From Eledone cirrhosa (Eukaryota): a DNA stretch of 64,000 nucleotides. The number at the start of each line of letters is the position of its first letter. Positions within the stretch are counted from its first letter, which is position 1. The notes under the pieces are model-generated. The model was given only the letters and a program-made list of their open reading frames with translations. It had not been told where the DNA came from and did not search any database. The DNA is taken from positions 121,210,001 to 121,274,000 of the forward strand of contig OZ024744.1 of NCBI GenBank assembly GCA_964016885.1, given 5' to 3'. Positions 13,501 through 25,100 of the stretch are shown piece after piece. The position numbers and the translations under genes were made by a program.

Positions 13501-15010
13501 ATAAAAGTGAGTGGGTGAGAGGAATAGAGGTAGTGATAGATGTTGTGAAGAGAGATAGTGTGAGATGGTTGGGTCATGTGTTGAGGAAGTATGAAAGTGA
13601 CTGGGTGAGAGGAATAGTGGTAGAGATGGATGTTGTGAAGAGAGATAGTGTGAGATGGTTGGGTCATGTGTTGAGGAAGTATGAAGGTGACTGGGTGAGC
13701 GAATAGAGGTAGTGATGGATGTTGTGAAGAGAGATAGTGTGAGATGGTTGGGTCATGTGTTGAGGAGGGATAAAATTGATTGGGTGAGAGGAATAGAGGT
13801 CGTGATGGATGTTGTGAAGAGAGATAGTGTGAGATGGTTGGGTCATGTGTTGAGGAAGGATTAAAGTGACTGGGTGAGAGGAATAGAGGTAGTGATGGAT
13901 GTTGTGAAGAGAGATAGTGTGAGATGGTTGGGTCATGTGTTGAGGAAGGTTAAAAGTGACTGGGTGAGTGGAATAGAGGTAGTGATGGATGTTGTGAAGA
14001 GAGATAGTGTGAGATGGTTGGGTCATGTGTTGAGGAAGGATAAAAGTGAGTGGGTGAGAGGAATAGAGGTAGTGATGGATGTTGTGAAGAGAGATAGTGT
14101 GAGATGGTTGGGTCATGTGTTGAGGAAGGTTGAATGTGAATGGGTGAGAGGAACAGAGGTAGTGATGGATGTTGCGAAGAGAGATAGTGTGAGATGGTTG
14201 GGTCATGTGTTGAGGAAGGATAAAAGTGACTGGGTGAGAGGAATAGAGGTTTTGATGGATGTTGTGAAGAGAGATAGTGTGAGATGGTTGGGTCATATGT
14301 TGAGGAAGGATAAAAGTGACTGGGTGAGAGGAATAGAGGTAGTGATGGATGTTGCGAAGAGAGATAGTGTGAGATGGTTGGGTCATGTGTTGAGGAAGTA
14401 TGAAAGTGACTGGGTGAGAGGAATAGAGGTAGAGATGGATGTTGTGAAGAGAGATAGTGTGAGATGGTTGGGTCATGTGTTGAGGAAGGATAAAATTGAC
14501 TGGGTGAGAGGAATAGTGGTAGTAATGGATGTTGTAAAGGGAGATAGTGTGAGATGGTTGGGTCATGTGTTGAGGAAGTATGAAAGTGACTGGGTGAGAG
14601 GAATAGAAGTAGTGATAGATGTTGTGAAGAGAGATAGTGTGAGATGGTTGGGTCATGTGTTGAGGAAGTATGAAATGACTGGGTGAGAGGAATAGAGGTA
14701 GAGATGGATGTTGTGAAGAGAGATAGTGTGAGATGGTTGGGTGATGTGTTGAGGAAGTATGAAAGTGACTGGGTGAGCGAATAGAGGTAGTGATGGATGT
14801 TGTGAAGAGAGATAGTGTGAGATGGTTGGGTCATGTGTTGATGAGGGATAAAATTGATTGGGTGAGAGGAATAGAGGTAGTGATGGATGTTGTGAAGAGA
14901 GATAGTGTGAGATGTTTGGGTCATGTGTTGAGGAAGGATTAAAGTGACTGGGTGAGAGGAATAGAGGTAGTGATGGATGTTGTGAAGAGAGATAGTGTGA
15001 GATGGTTGGG
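7640..15010 (+). repeat. Tandem higher-order duplication, period 3685 bp (41 monomers)
   Basis: ORF pairs 7731/11416, 8175/11860, 8360/12045, 9979/13664, 10189/13874, 11267/14952 are all offset by 3685. Confidence 0.9.
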
Positions 15011-18000
15011 TCATGTGTTGAGGAAGGATAAAAGTGACTGGGTGAGAGGAATAGTGGTAGAGATGGATGTTGTAAAGGGAGATAGTGTGAGATGGTTGGG
15101 TCATGTGTTGAGGAAGTATAAAAGTGACTGGGTGAGAGGAATAGAGGTAGTGATGGATGTTGTGAAGAGAGATAGTGTGAGATGGTTGGGTCATGTGTTG
15201 AGGAAAGTTAAAAGTGACTCGGTGAGTGGAATAGAGGTAGTGATGGATGTTGTGAGGAGAGATAGCGTGGGACGGTTGGGTCATGTGTTGAGGAAGTATG
15301 AAAGTGACTGGGTGAGAGGAATCAGAGGTAGTGATGGATGTTGTGAAGAGAGATAGTGTGAGATGGTTGGGTCATGTGTTGAGGAAGGATAAAAGTTACT
15401 GGGTGAGAGGAATAGAGGTAGTGATGGATGTTGTGAAGAGAGATAGTGTGAGATGGTTGGGTCATGTGTTGAGTAAGGATAAAAGTGACTGGGTGAGAGG
15501 AATAGAGGTAGTGATGGATGTTGTGAAGAGAGATAGTGTGAGATGGTTGGGTCATGTGTTGAGGAGGGATAAAAGTGAGTGGGTGAGAGGAATAGAGGTA
15601 GTGATGGATGTTGGGAAGAGAGATAGTGTGAGATGGTTGGGTCATGTGTTGAGGAAGGATAAAAGTAACTGGGTGAGTGGAATAGAGGTAGTGATGGATG
15701 TTGCGAAGAGAGATAGTGTGAGATGGTTGGGTCATGTGTTGAGGAAGTATGAAAGTGACTGGGTGAGAGGAATAGAGGTAGAGATGGATGTTGTGAAGAG
15801 AGATAGAGTGAGATGGTTGGGTCATGTGTTGAGGAAGTATGAAAGTGACTGGGTAAGAGAAATAGAGGTAGTGATGGATGTTGTGAAGAGAGATAGTGTG
15901 AGATGGTTGGGTCATGTGTTGAGGAACGATAAAAGTGAGTGGGTGAGAGGAATAGTGGTATTGATGGATGTTGTGAAGAGAGATAGAGTGAGATGGTTGG
16001 GTCATGTGTTGAGGAAGGATAAAAGTGACTGGGTGAGAGGAATAGAGGTAGAGATGGATGTTGTGAAGAGAGATAGTGTGAGATGGTTGGGTCATGTGTT
16101 GAGGAAGTATGAAAGTGACTGGGTGAGAGGAATAGAGGTAGTGATAGATGTTGTGAAGACAGATTGTGTGAGATGGTTGGGTCATGTGTTGAGGAAGGAT
16201 AAAAGTGACTGGGTGAGAGGAATATAGGTAGAGATAGATGTTGTGAAGAGAGATAGTGTGAGATGGTTGAGTCATGTGTTGAGGAAGGATAAAAGTGACT
16301 GGGTGAGAGGAATAGTGGTAGTGATGGATGTTGTAAAGGGAGATAGTGTGAGATGGTTGGGTCATGTGTTGAGGAAGTATGAAAGTGACTGGGTGAGAGG
16401 AATAGAGGTAGTGATGGATGTTGTGAAGAGAGATAGTGTGAGATGGTTGGGTCATATGTTGAGGAAGGATAAAAGTGACTGGGTGAGAGGAATAGGGGTA
16501 GTGATGGATGTTGTGAAGAGAGATAGTGTGAGATGGTTGGGTCATGTGTTGAGGAGGGATAAAATTGATTGTGTGAGAGGAATAGAGGTAGTGATGGATG
16601 TTGTGAAGAGAGATAGTGTGGGACGGTGGGTCATGTGTTGAGGAAGTATGAAAGTGACTGGGTGAGAGGAATAGAGGTAGTGATGGATGTTGTGAAGAGA
16701 GGTAGTGTGGGACGGTGGGTCATGTGTTGAGGAAGTATGAAAGTGACTGGGTGAGAGGAATCACAGGTAGTGATGGATGTTGTGAAGAGAGATAGTGTGA
16801 GATGGTTGGGTCATGTGTTGAGGAAGGATAAAAGTGACTGGGTAAGAGGAATAGATGTAGTGATGGATGTCGTGAAGAGAGATAGTGTGAGATGGTTGGG
16901 TCATGTGTTGAGGAAGGATACAAGTGAGTGGGAGAGAGGAATAGAGGTAGTGATAGATGTTGTGAAGAGAGATAGTGTGAGATGGTTGGGTCATGTGTTG
17001 AGGAAGTATGAAAGTGACTGAGTGAGAGGAATAGAGGTAGAGATGGATGTTGTGAAGAGAGATAGTGTGAGATGGTTGGGTCATGTGTTGAGGAAGGATA
17101 AAAGTGACTGGGTGAGAGGAATAGAGGTAGTGATGGATGTTGTGAAGAGACATAGTGTGAGATGGTTGGTTCATATGTTGAGGAAGGATAAAAGTGAGTG
17201 GGTGAGAGGAATAGAGGTAGTGATAGATGTTGTGAAGAGAGATAGTGTGAGATGGTTGGGTCATGTGTTGAGGAAGTATGAAAGTGACTGGGTGAGAGGA
17301 ATAGTGGTAGAGATGGATGTTGTGAAGAGAGATAGTGTGAGATGGTTGGGTCATGTGTTGAGGAAGTATGAAGGTGACTGGGTGAGCGAATAGAGGTAGT
17401 GATGGATGTTGTGAAGAGAGATAGTGTGAGATGGTTGGGTCATGTGTTGAGGAGGGATAAAATTGATTGGGTGAGAGGAATAGAGGTCGTGATGGATGTT
17501 GTGAAGAGAGATAGTGTGAGATGGTTGGGTCATGTGTTGAGGAAGGATTAAAGTGACTGGGTGAGAGGAATAGAGGTAGTGATGGATGTTGTGAAGAGAG
17601 ATAGTGTGAGATGGTTGGGTCATGTGTTGAGGAAGGTTAAAAGTGACTGGGTGAGTGGAGTAGAGGTAGTGATGGATGTTGTGAAGAGAGATAGTGTGAG
17701 ATGGTTGGGTCATATGTTGAGGAAGGATTAAAGTGACTGGGTGAGAGGAATAGTGGTAGTGATGGATGTTGTAAAGGGAGATAGTGTGAGATGATTGGGT
17801 CATGTGTTGAGGAAGTATGAAAGTGACTGGGTGAGAGGAATAGAGGTAGTGATAGATGTTGTGAAGAGAGATAGTGTGAGATGGTTGGGTCATGTGTTGA
17901 GGAAGTATGAAAGTGACTGGGTGAGAGGAATAGAGGTAGAGATGGATGTTGTGAAGAGAGATAGAGTGAGATGGTTGGGTCATGTGTTGAGGAAGTATGA

Positions 18001-19340
18001 AAATGACTGGGTGAGGGAATAGAGGTAGTGATGGATGTTGTGAAGAGAGATAGTGTGAGATGGTTGGGTCATGTGTTGAGGAGGGATAAAATTGATTGGG
18101 TGAGAGGAATAGAGGTAGTGTTGGATGTTGTGAAGAGAGATAGTGTGAGATGGTTGGGTCATGTGTTCAGGAAGGATAAAAGTGAGTGGGTGAGAGGAAT
18201 AGAGGTAGTGATGGATGTTGTGAAGAGAGATAGTGTGAGATGGTTGGGTCATGTGTTGAGGAAGGTTGAATGTGAATGGGTGAGAGGAACAGAGGTAGTG
18301 ATGGATGTTGCGAAGAGAGATAGTGTGAGATGGCTGGGTCATGTGTTGAGGAAGGATAAAAGTGACTGGGTGAGAGGTATAGAGGTTTTGATGGATGTTG
18401 TAAAGGGAGATAGTGTGAGATGGTTGGGTCATGTGTTGAGGAAGTATGAATGTGACTGGGTGAGAGGAATAGAGGTAGTGATGGATGTTGTGAAGAGAGA
18501 TAGTGTGAGATGGTTGGGTCATATGTTGAGGAAGGATAAAAGTGACTGGGTGAGAGGAATAGGGGTAGTGATGGATGTTGTGAGGAGAGATAGTGTGAGA
18601 TGGTTGGGTCATGTGTTGTGAAAGTATGAAAGTGACTGGGTGAGAGGAATAGAGGTAGTGATGGATGTTGTGAAGAGAGATAGTGTGAGATGGTTGGGTC
18701 ATGTGTTGAGGAGGGATAAAATTGATTGTGTGAGAGGAATAGAGGTAGTGATGGATGTTGTGAAGAGAGATAGTGTGAGATGGTTGGGTCATGTGTTGAG
18801 GTGGGATGAAAGTGACTGGGTGAAAGGAATAGAGGTAGTGATGGATGTTGTGAGGAGAGATAGTGTGAGATGGTTGGGTCATGTGTTGAGGAAGTATGAA
18901 AGTGACTGGGTGAGAGGAATAGAGGTAGTGATGGATGTTGTGAAGAGATATAGTGTGAGATGGTTGGGTCATGGGTTTAGGAAGTATGAATGTGACTGGG
19001 TGAGAGGAATATAGGTAGTTATGGATGTTGTGAAGAGAGATAGTGTGAGATGGTTGGGTCATGTGTTGAGGAAGGATAAAAGTGACTGGGTGAGAGGAAT
19101 AGAGGTAGTGATGGATGTTGTGAAGAGAGATAGTGTGAGATGGTTGGTTCATATGTTGAGGAAGGATAAAAGTGAGTGGGTGAGAGGAATAGAGGTAGTG
19201 ATAGATGTTGTGAAGAGAGATAGTGTGAGATGGTTGGGTCATGTGTTGAGGAAGTATGAAAGTGACTGGGTGAGAGGAATAGAGGTAGAGATGGATGTTG
19301 TGAAGAGAGATAGTGTGAGATGGTTGGGTCATGTGTTGAG
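13270..19340 (+). repeat. ~6-kb block duplicating ~770-6845 (offset 12497 bp, 139 monomers)
   Basis: ORF pairs 1167/13664, 1377/13874, 2455/14952, 2834/15331, 4273/16770, 5298/17795, 5531/18028, 6524/19021 are all offset by 12497; a few SNPs distinguish the copies (e.g. ~15855, ~16226, 17021, ~18619). Confidence 0.9.
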
Positions 19341-22300
19341 GAAGTATGAAGGTGACTGGGTGAGCGAATAGAGGTAGTGATGGATGTTGTGAAGAGAGAT
19401 AGTGTGAGATGGTTGGGTCATGTGTTGAGGAGGGATAAAATTGATTGGGTGAGAGGAATAGAGGTAGTGATGGATGTTGTGAAGAGAGATAGTGTGAGAT
19501 GGTTGGGTCATGTGTTGAGGAAGGATTAAAGTGACTGGGTGAGAGGAATAGAGGTAGTGATGGATGTTGTGAAGAGAGATAGTGTGAGATGGTTGGGTCA
19601 TGTGTTGAGGAAGGTTAAAAGTGACTGGGTGAGTGGAATAGAGGTAGTGATGGATGTTGTGAAGAGAGATAGTGTGGGACGGTTGGGTCATGTGTTGAGG
19701 AAGTATGAAAGTGACTGGGTGAGAGGAATCAGAGGTAGTGATGGATGTTGTGAAGAGAGATAGTGTGAGATGGTTGGGTCATGTGTTGAGCAAGTATGAA
19801 AGTGACTGGGTGAGAGGAATAGAGGTAGTGATAGATGTTGTGAAGACAGATAGTGTGAGATGGTTGGGTCATGTGTTGAGGAAGGATAAAAGTGACTGGG
19901 TGAGAGAAATAGAGGTAGAGATTGATGTTGTGAAGAGAGATAGTGTGAGATGGTTGGGTCATGTGTTGAGGAAGTATGAAAGTGACTGGGTGAGAGGAAT
20001 AGAGGTAGTGATAGATGTTGTGAAGACAGATAGTGTGAGATGGTTGGGTCATGTGTTGAGGAAGGATAAAAGTGACTGGGTGAGAGAAATAGAGGTAGAG
20101 ATTGATGTTGTGAAGAGAGATAGTGTGAGATGGTTGGGTCATGTGTTGAGGAAGTATGAAAGTGACTGGGGTGAGAGGAGTAGAGGTAGTGATGGATGTT
20201 GTGAAGAGAGATAGTGTGAGATGGTTGGGTCATATGTTGAGGAAGGATAAAAGTGACTGGGTGAGAGGAATAGTGGTAGTGATGGATGTTGTAAAGGGAG
20301 ATAGTGTGAGATGATTGGGTCATGTGTTGAGGAAGTATGAAAGTGACTGGGTGAGAGAAATAGAGGTAGTGATAGATGTTGTGAAGAGAGATAGTGTGAG
20401 ATGGTTGGGTCATGTGTTGAGGAAGTATGAAAGTGACTGGGTGAGAGGAATAGAGGTAGAGATGGATGTTGTGAAGAGAGATAGAGTGAGATGGTTGGGT
20501 CATGTGTTGAGGAAGTATGAAAATGACTGGGTGAGGGAATAGAGGTAGTGATGGATGTTGTGAAGAGAGATAGTGTGAGATGGTTGGGTCATGTGTTGAG
20601 GAGGGATAAAATTGATTGGGTGAGAGGAATAGAGGTAGTGATATATGTTGTGAAGAGAGATAGTGTGAGATGGTTGGGTCATGTGTTGAGGAAGGATAAA
20701 AGTGAGTGGGTGAGAGGAATAGAGGTAGTGATGGATGTTGTGAGGAGAGATAGTGTGAGATGGTTGGGTCATGTGTTGAGAAAGTATGAAAGTGACTGGG
20801 TGAGAGGAATAGAGGTAGTGATGGATGTTGTGAAGAGAGATAGTGTGAGATGGTTGGGTCATGTGTTGAGGAGGGATAAAATTGATTGTGTGAGAGGAAT
20901 AGAGGTAGTGATGGATGTTGTGAAGAGAGATAGTGTGAGATGGTTGGGTCATGTGTTGAGGTGGGATGAAAGTGACTGGGTGAAAGGAATAGAGGTAGTG
21001 ATGGATGTTGTGAGGAGAGATAGTGTGAGATGGTTGGGTCATGTGTTGAGGAAGTATGAAAGTGACTGAGTGAGAGGAATAGAGGTAGAGATGGATGTTG
21101 TGAAGAGAGATAGTGTGAGATGGTTGGGTCATGTGTTGAGGAAGGATAAAAGTGACTGGGTGAGAGGAATAGAGGTAGTGATGGATGTTGTGAAGAGACA
21201 TAGTGTGAGATGGTTGGTTCATATGTTGAGGAAGGATAAAAGTGAGTGGGTGAGAGGAATAGAGGTAGTGATAGATGTTGTGAAGAGAGATAGTGTGAGA
21301 TGGTTGGGTCATGTGTTGAGGAAGTATGAAAGTGACTGGGTGAGAGGAATAGTGGTAGAGATGGATGTTGTGAAGAGAGATAGTGTGAGATGGTTGGGTC
21401 ATGTGTTGAGGAAGTATGAAGGTGACTGGGTGAGCGAATAGAGGTAGTGATGGATGTTGTGAAGAGAGATAGTGTGAGATGGTTGGGTCATGTGTTGAGG
21501 AGGGATAAAATTGATTGGGTGAGAGGAATAGAGGTCGTGATGGATGTTGTGAAGAGAGATAGTGTGAGATGGTTGGGTCATGTGTTGAGGAAGGATTAAA
21601 GTGACTGGGTGAGAGGAATAGAGGTAGTGATGGATGTTGTGAAGAGAGATAGTGTGAGATGGTTGGGTCATGTGTTGAGGAAGGTTAAAAGTGACTGGGT
21701 GAGTGGAGTAGAGGTAGTGATGGATGTTGTGAAGAGAGATAGTGTGAGATGGTTGGGTCATATGTTGAGGAAGGATTAAAGTGACTGGGTGAGAGGAATA
21801 GTGGTAGTGATGGATGTTGTAAAGGGAGATAGTGTGAGATGATTGGGTCATGTGTTGAGGAAGTATGAAAGTGACTGGGTGAGAGGAATAGAGGTAGTGA
21901 TAGATGTTGTGAAGAGAGATAGTGTGAGATGGTTGGGTCATGTGTTGAGGAAGTATGAAAGTGACTGGGTGAGAGGAATAGAGGTAGAGATGGATGTTGT
22001 GAAGAGAGATAGAGTGAGATGGTTGGGTCATGTGTTGAGGAAGTATGAAAATGACTGGGTGAGGGAATAGAGGTAGTGATGGATGTTGTGAAGAGAGATA
22101 GTGTGAGATGGTTGGGTCATGTGTTGAGGAGGGATAAAATTGATTGGGTGAGAGGAATAGAGGTAGTGTTGGATGTTGTGAAGAGAGATAGTGTGAGATG
22201 GTTGGGTCATGTGTTCAGGAAGGATAAAAGTGAGTGGGTGAGAGGAATAGAGGTAGTGATGGATGTTGTGAAGAGAGATAGTGTGAGATGGTTGGGTCAT

Positions 22301-25100
22301 GTGTTGAGGAAGGTTGAATGTGAATGGGTGAGAGGAACAGAGGTAGTGATGGATGTTGCGAAGAGAGATAGTGTGAGATGGCTGGGTCATGTGTTGAGGA
22401 AGGATAAAAGTGACTGGGTGAGAGGTATAGAGGTTTTGATGGATGTTGTAAAGGGAGATAGTGTGAGATGGTTGGGTCATGTGTTGAGGAAGTATGAATG
22501 TGACTGGGTGAGAGGAATAGAGGTAGTGATGGATGTTGTGAAGAGAGATAGTGTGAGATGGTTGGGTCATATGTTGAGGAAGGATAAAAGTGACTGGGTG
22601 AGAGGAATAGGGGTAGTGATGGATGTTGTGAGGAGAGATAGTGTGAGATGGTTGGGTCATGTGTTGTGAAAGTATGAAAGTGACTGGGTGAGAGGAATAG
22701 AGGTAGTGATGGATGTTGTGAAGAGAGATAGTGTGAGATGGTTGGGTCATGTGTTGAGGAGGGATAAAATTGATTGTGTGAGAGGAATAGAGGTAGTGAT
22801 GGATGTTGTGAAGAGAGATAGTGTGAGATGGTTGGGTCATGTGTTGAGGTGGGATGAAAGTGACTGGGTGAAAGGAATAGAGGTAGTGATGGATGTTGTG
22901 AGGAGAGATAGTGTGAGATGGTTGGGTCATGTGTTGAGGAAGTATGAAAGTGACTGGGTGAGAGGAATAGAGGTAGTGATGGATGTTGTGAAGAGATATA
23001 GTGTGAGATGGTTGGGTCATGGGTTTAGGAAGTATGAATGTGACTGGGTGAGAGGAATATAGGTAGTTATGGATGTTGTGAAGAGAGATAGTGTGAGATG
23101 GTTGGGTCATGTGTTGAGGAAGGATAAAAGTGACTGGGTGAGAGGAATAGAGGTAGTGATGGATGTTGTGAAGAGAGATAGTGTGAGATGGTTGGTTCAT
23201 ATGTTGAGGAAGGATAAAAGTGAGTGGGTGAGAGGAATAGAGGTAGTGATAGATGTTGTGAAGAGAGATAGTGTGAGATGGTTGGGTCATGTGTTGAGGA
23301 AGTATGAAAGTGACTGGGTGAGAGGAATAGAGGTAGAGATGGATGTTGTGAAGAGAGATAGTGTGAGATGGTTGGGTCATGTGTTGAGGAAGTATGAAGG
23401 TGACTGGGTGAGCGAATAGAGGTAGTGATGGATGTTGTGAAGAGAGATAGTGTGAGATGGTTGGGTCATGTGTTGAGGAGGGATAAAATTGATTGGGTGA
23501 GAGGAATAGAGGTAGTGATGGATGTTGTGAAGAGAGATAGTGTGAGATGGTTGGGTCATGTGTTGAGGAAGGATTAAAGTGACTGGGTGAGAGGAATAGA
23601 GGTAGTGATGGATGTTGTGAAGAGAGATAGTGTGAGATGGTTGGGTCATGTGTTGAGGAAGGTTAAAAGTGACTGGGTGAGTGGAATAGAGGTAGTGATG
23701 GATGTTGTGAAGAGAGATAGTGTGGGACGGTTGGGTCATGTGTTGAGGAAGTATGAAAGTGACTGGGTGAGAGGAATCAGAGGTAGTGATGGATGTTGTG
23801 AAGAGAGATAGTGTGAGATGGTTGGGTCATGTGTTGAGCAAGTATGAAAGTGACTGGGTGAGAGGAATAGAGGTAGTGATAGATGTTGTGAAGACAGATA
23901 GTGTGAGATGGTTGGGTCATGTGTTGAGGAAGGATAAAAGTGACTGGGTGAGAGAAATAGAGGTAGAGATTGATGTTGTGAAGAGAGATAGTGTGAGATG
24001 GTTGGGTCATGTGTTGAGGAAGTATGAAAGTGACTGGGTGAGAGGAATAGAGGTAGTGATAGATGTTGTGAAGACAGATAGTGTGAGATGGTTGGGTCAT
24101 GTGTTGAGGAAGGATAAAAGTGACTGGGTGAGAGAAATAGAGGTAGAGATTGATGTTGTGAAGAGAGATAGTGTGAGATGGTTGGGTCATGTGTTGAGGA
24201 AGTATGAAAGTGACTGGGGTGAGAGGAGTAGAGGTAGTGATGGATGTTGTGAAGAGAGATAGTGTGAGATGGTTGGGTCATATGTTGAGGAAGGATAAAA
24301 GTGACTGGGTGAGAGGAATAGTGGTAGTGATGGATGTTGTAAAGGGAGATAGTGTGAGATGATTGGGTCATGTGTTGAGGAAGTATGAAAGTGACTGGGT
24401 GAGAGAAATAGAGGTAGTGATAGATGTTGTGAAGAGAGATAGTGTGAGATGGTTGGGTCATGTGTTGAGGAAGTATGAAAGTGACTGGGTGAGAGGAATA
24501 GAGGTAGAGATGGATGTTGTGAAGAGAGATAGAGTGAGATGGTTGGGTCATGTGTTGAGGAAGTATGAAAATGACTGGGTGAGGGAATAGAGGTAGTGAT
24601 GGATGTTGTGAAGAGAGATAGTGTGAGATGGTTGGGTCATGTGTTGAGGAGGGATAAAATTGATTGGGTGAGAGGAATAGAGGTAGTGATATATGTTGTG
24701 AAGAGAGATAGTGTGAGATGGTTGGGTCATGTGTTGAGGAAGGATAAAAGTGAGTGGGTGAGAGGAATAGAGGTAGTGATGGATGTTGTGAGGAGAGATA
24801 GTGTGAGATGGTTGGGTCATGTGTTGAGAAAGTATGAAAGTGACTGGGTGAGAGGAATAGAGGTAGTGATGGATGTTGTGAAGAGAGATAGTGTGAGATG
24901 GTTGGGTCATGTGTTGAGGAGGGATAAAATTGATTGTGTGAGAGGAATAGAGGTAGTGATGGATGTTGTGAAGAGAGATAGTGTGAGATGGTTGGGTCAT
25001 GTGTTGAGGTGGGATGAAAGTGACTGGGTGAAAGGAATAGAGGTAGTGATGGATGTTGTGAGGAGAGATAGTGTGAGATGGTTGGGTCATGTGTTGAGGA
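16990..25100 (+). repeat. Near-perfect tandem duplication, period 4048 bp (45 monomers)
   Basis: ORF pairs 17022/21070, 17795/21843, 18028/22076, 19021/23069, 19539/23587, 19738/23786, 20315/24363, 20548/24596 are all offset by 4048 with matching translations; the rare allele 'gtgttgtgaaag' is at ~18613 and ~22661. Confidence 0.92.
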
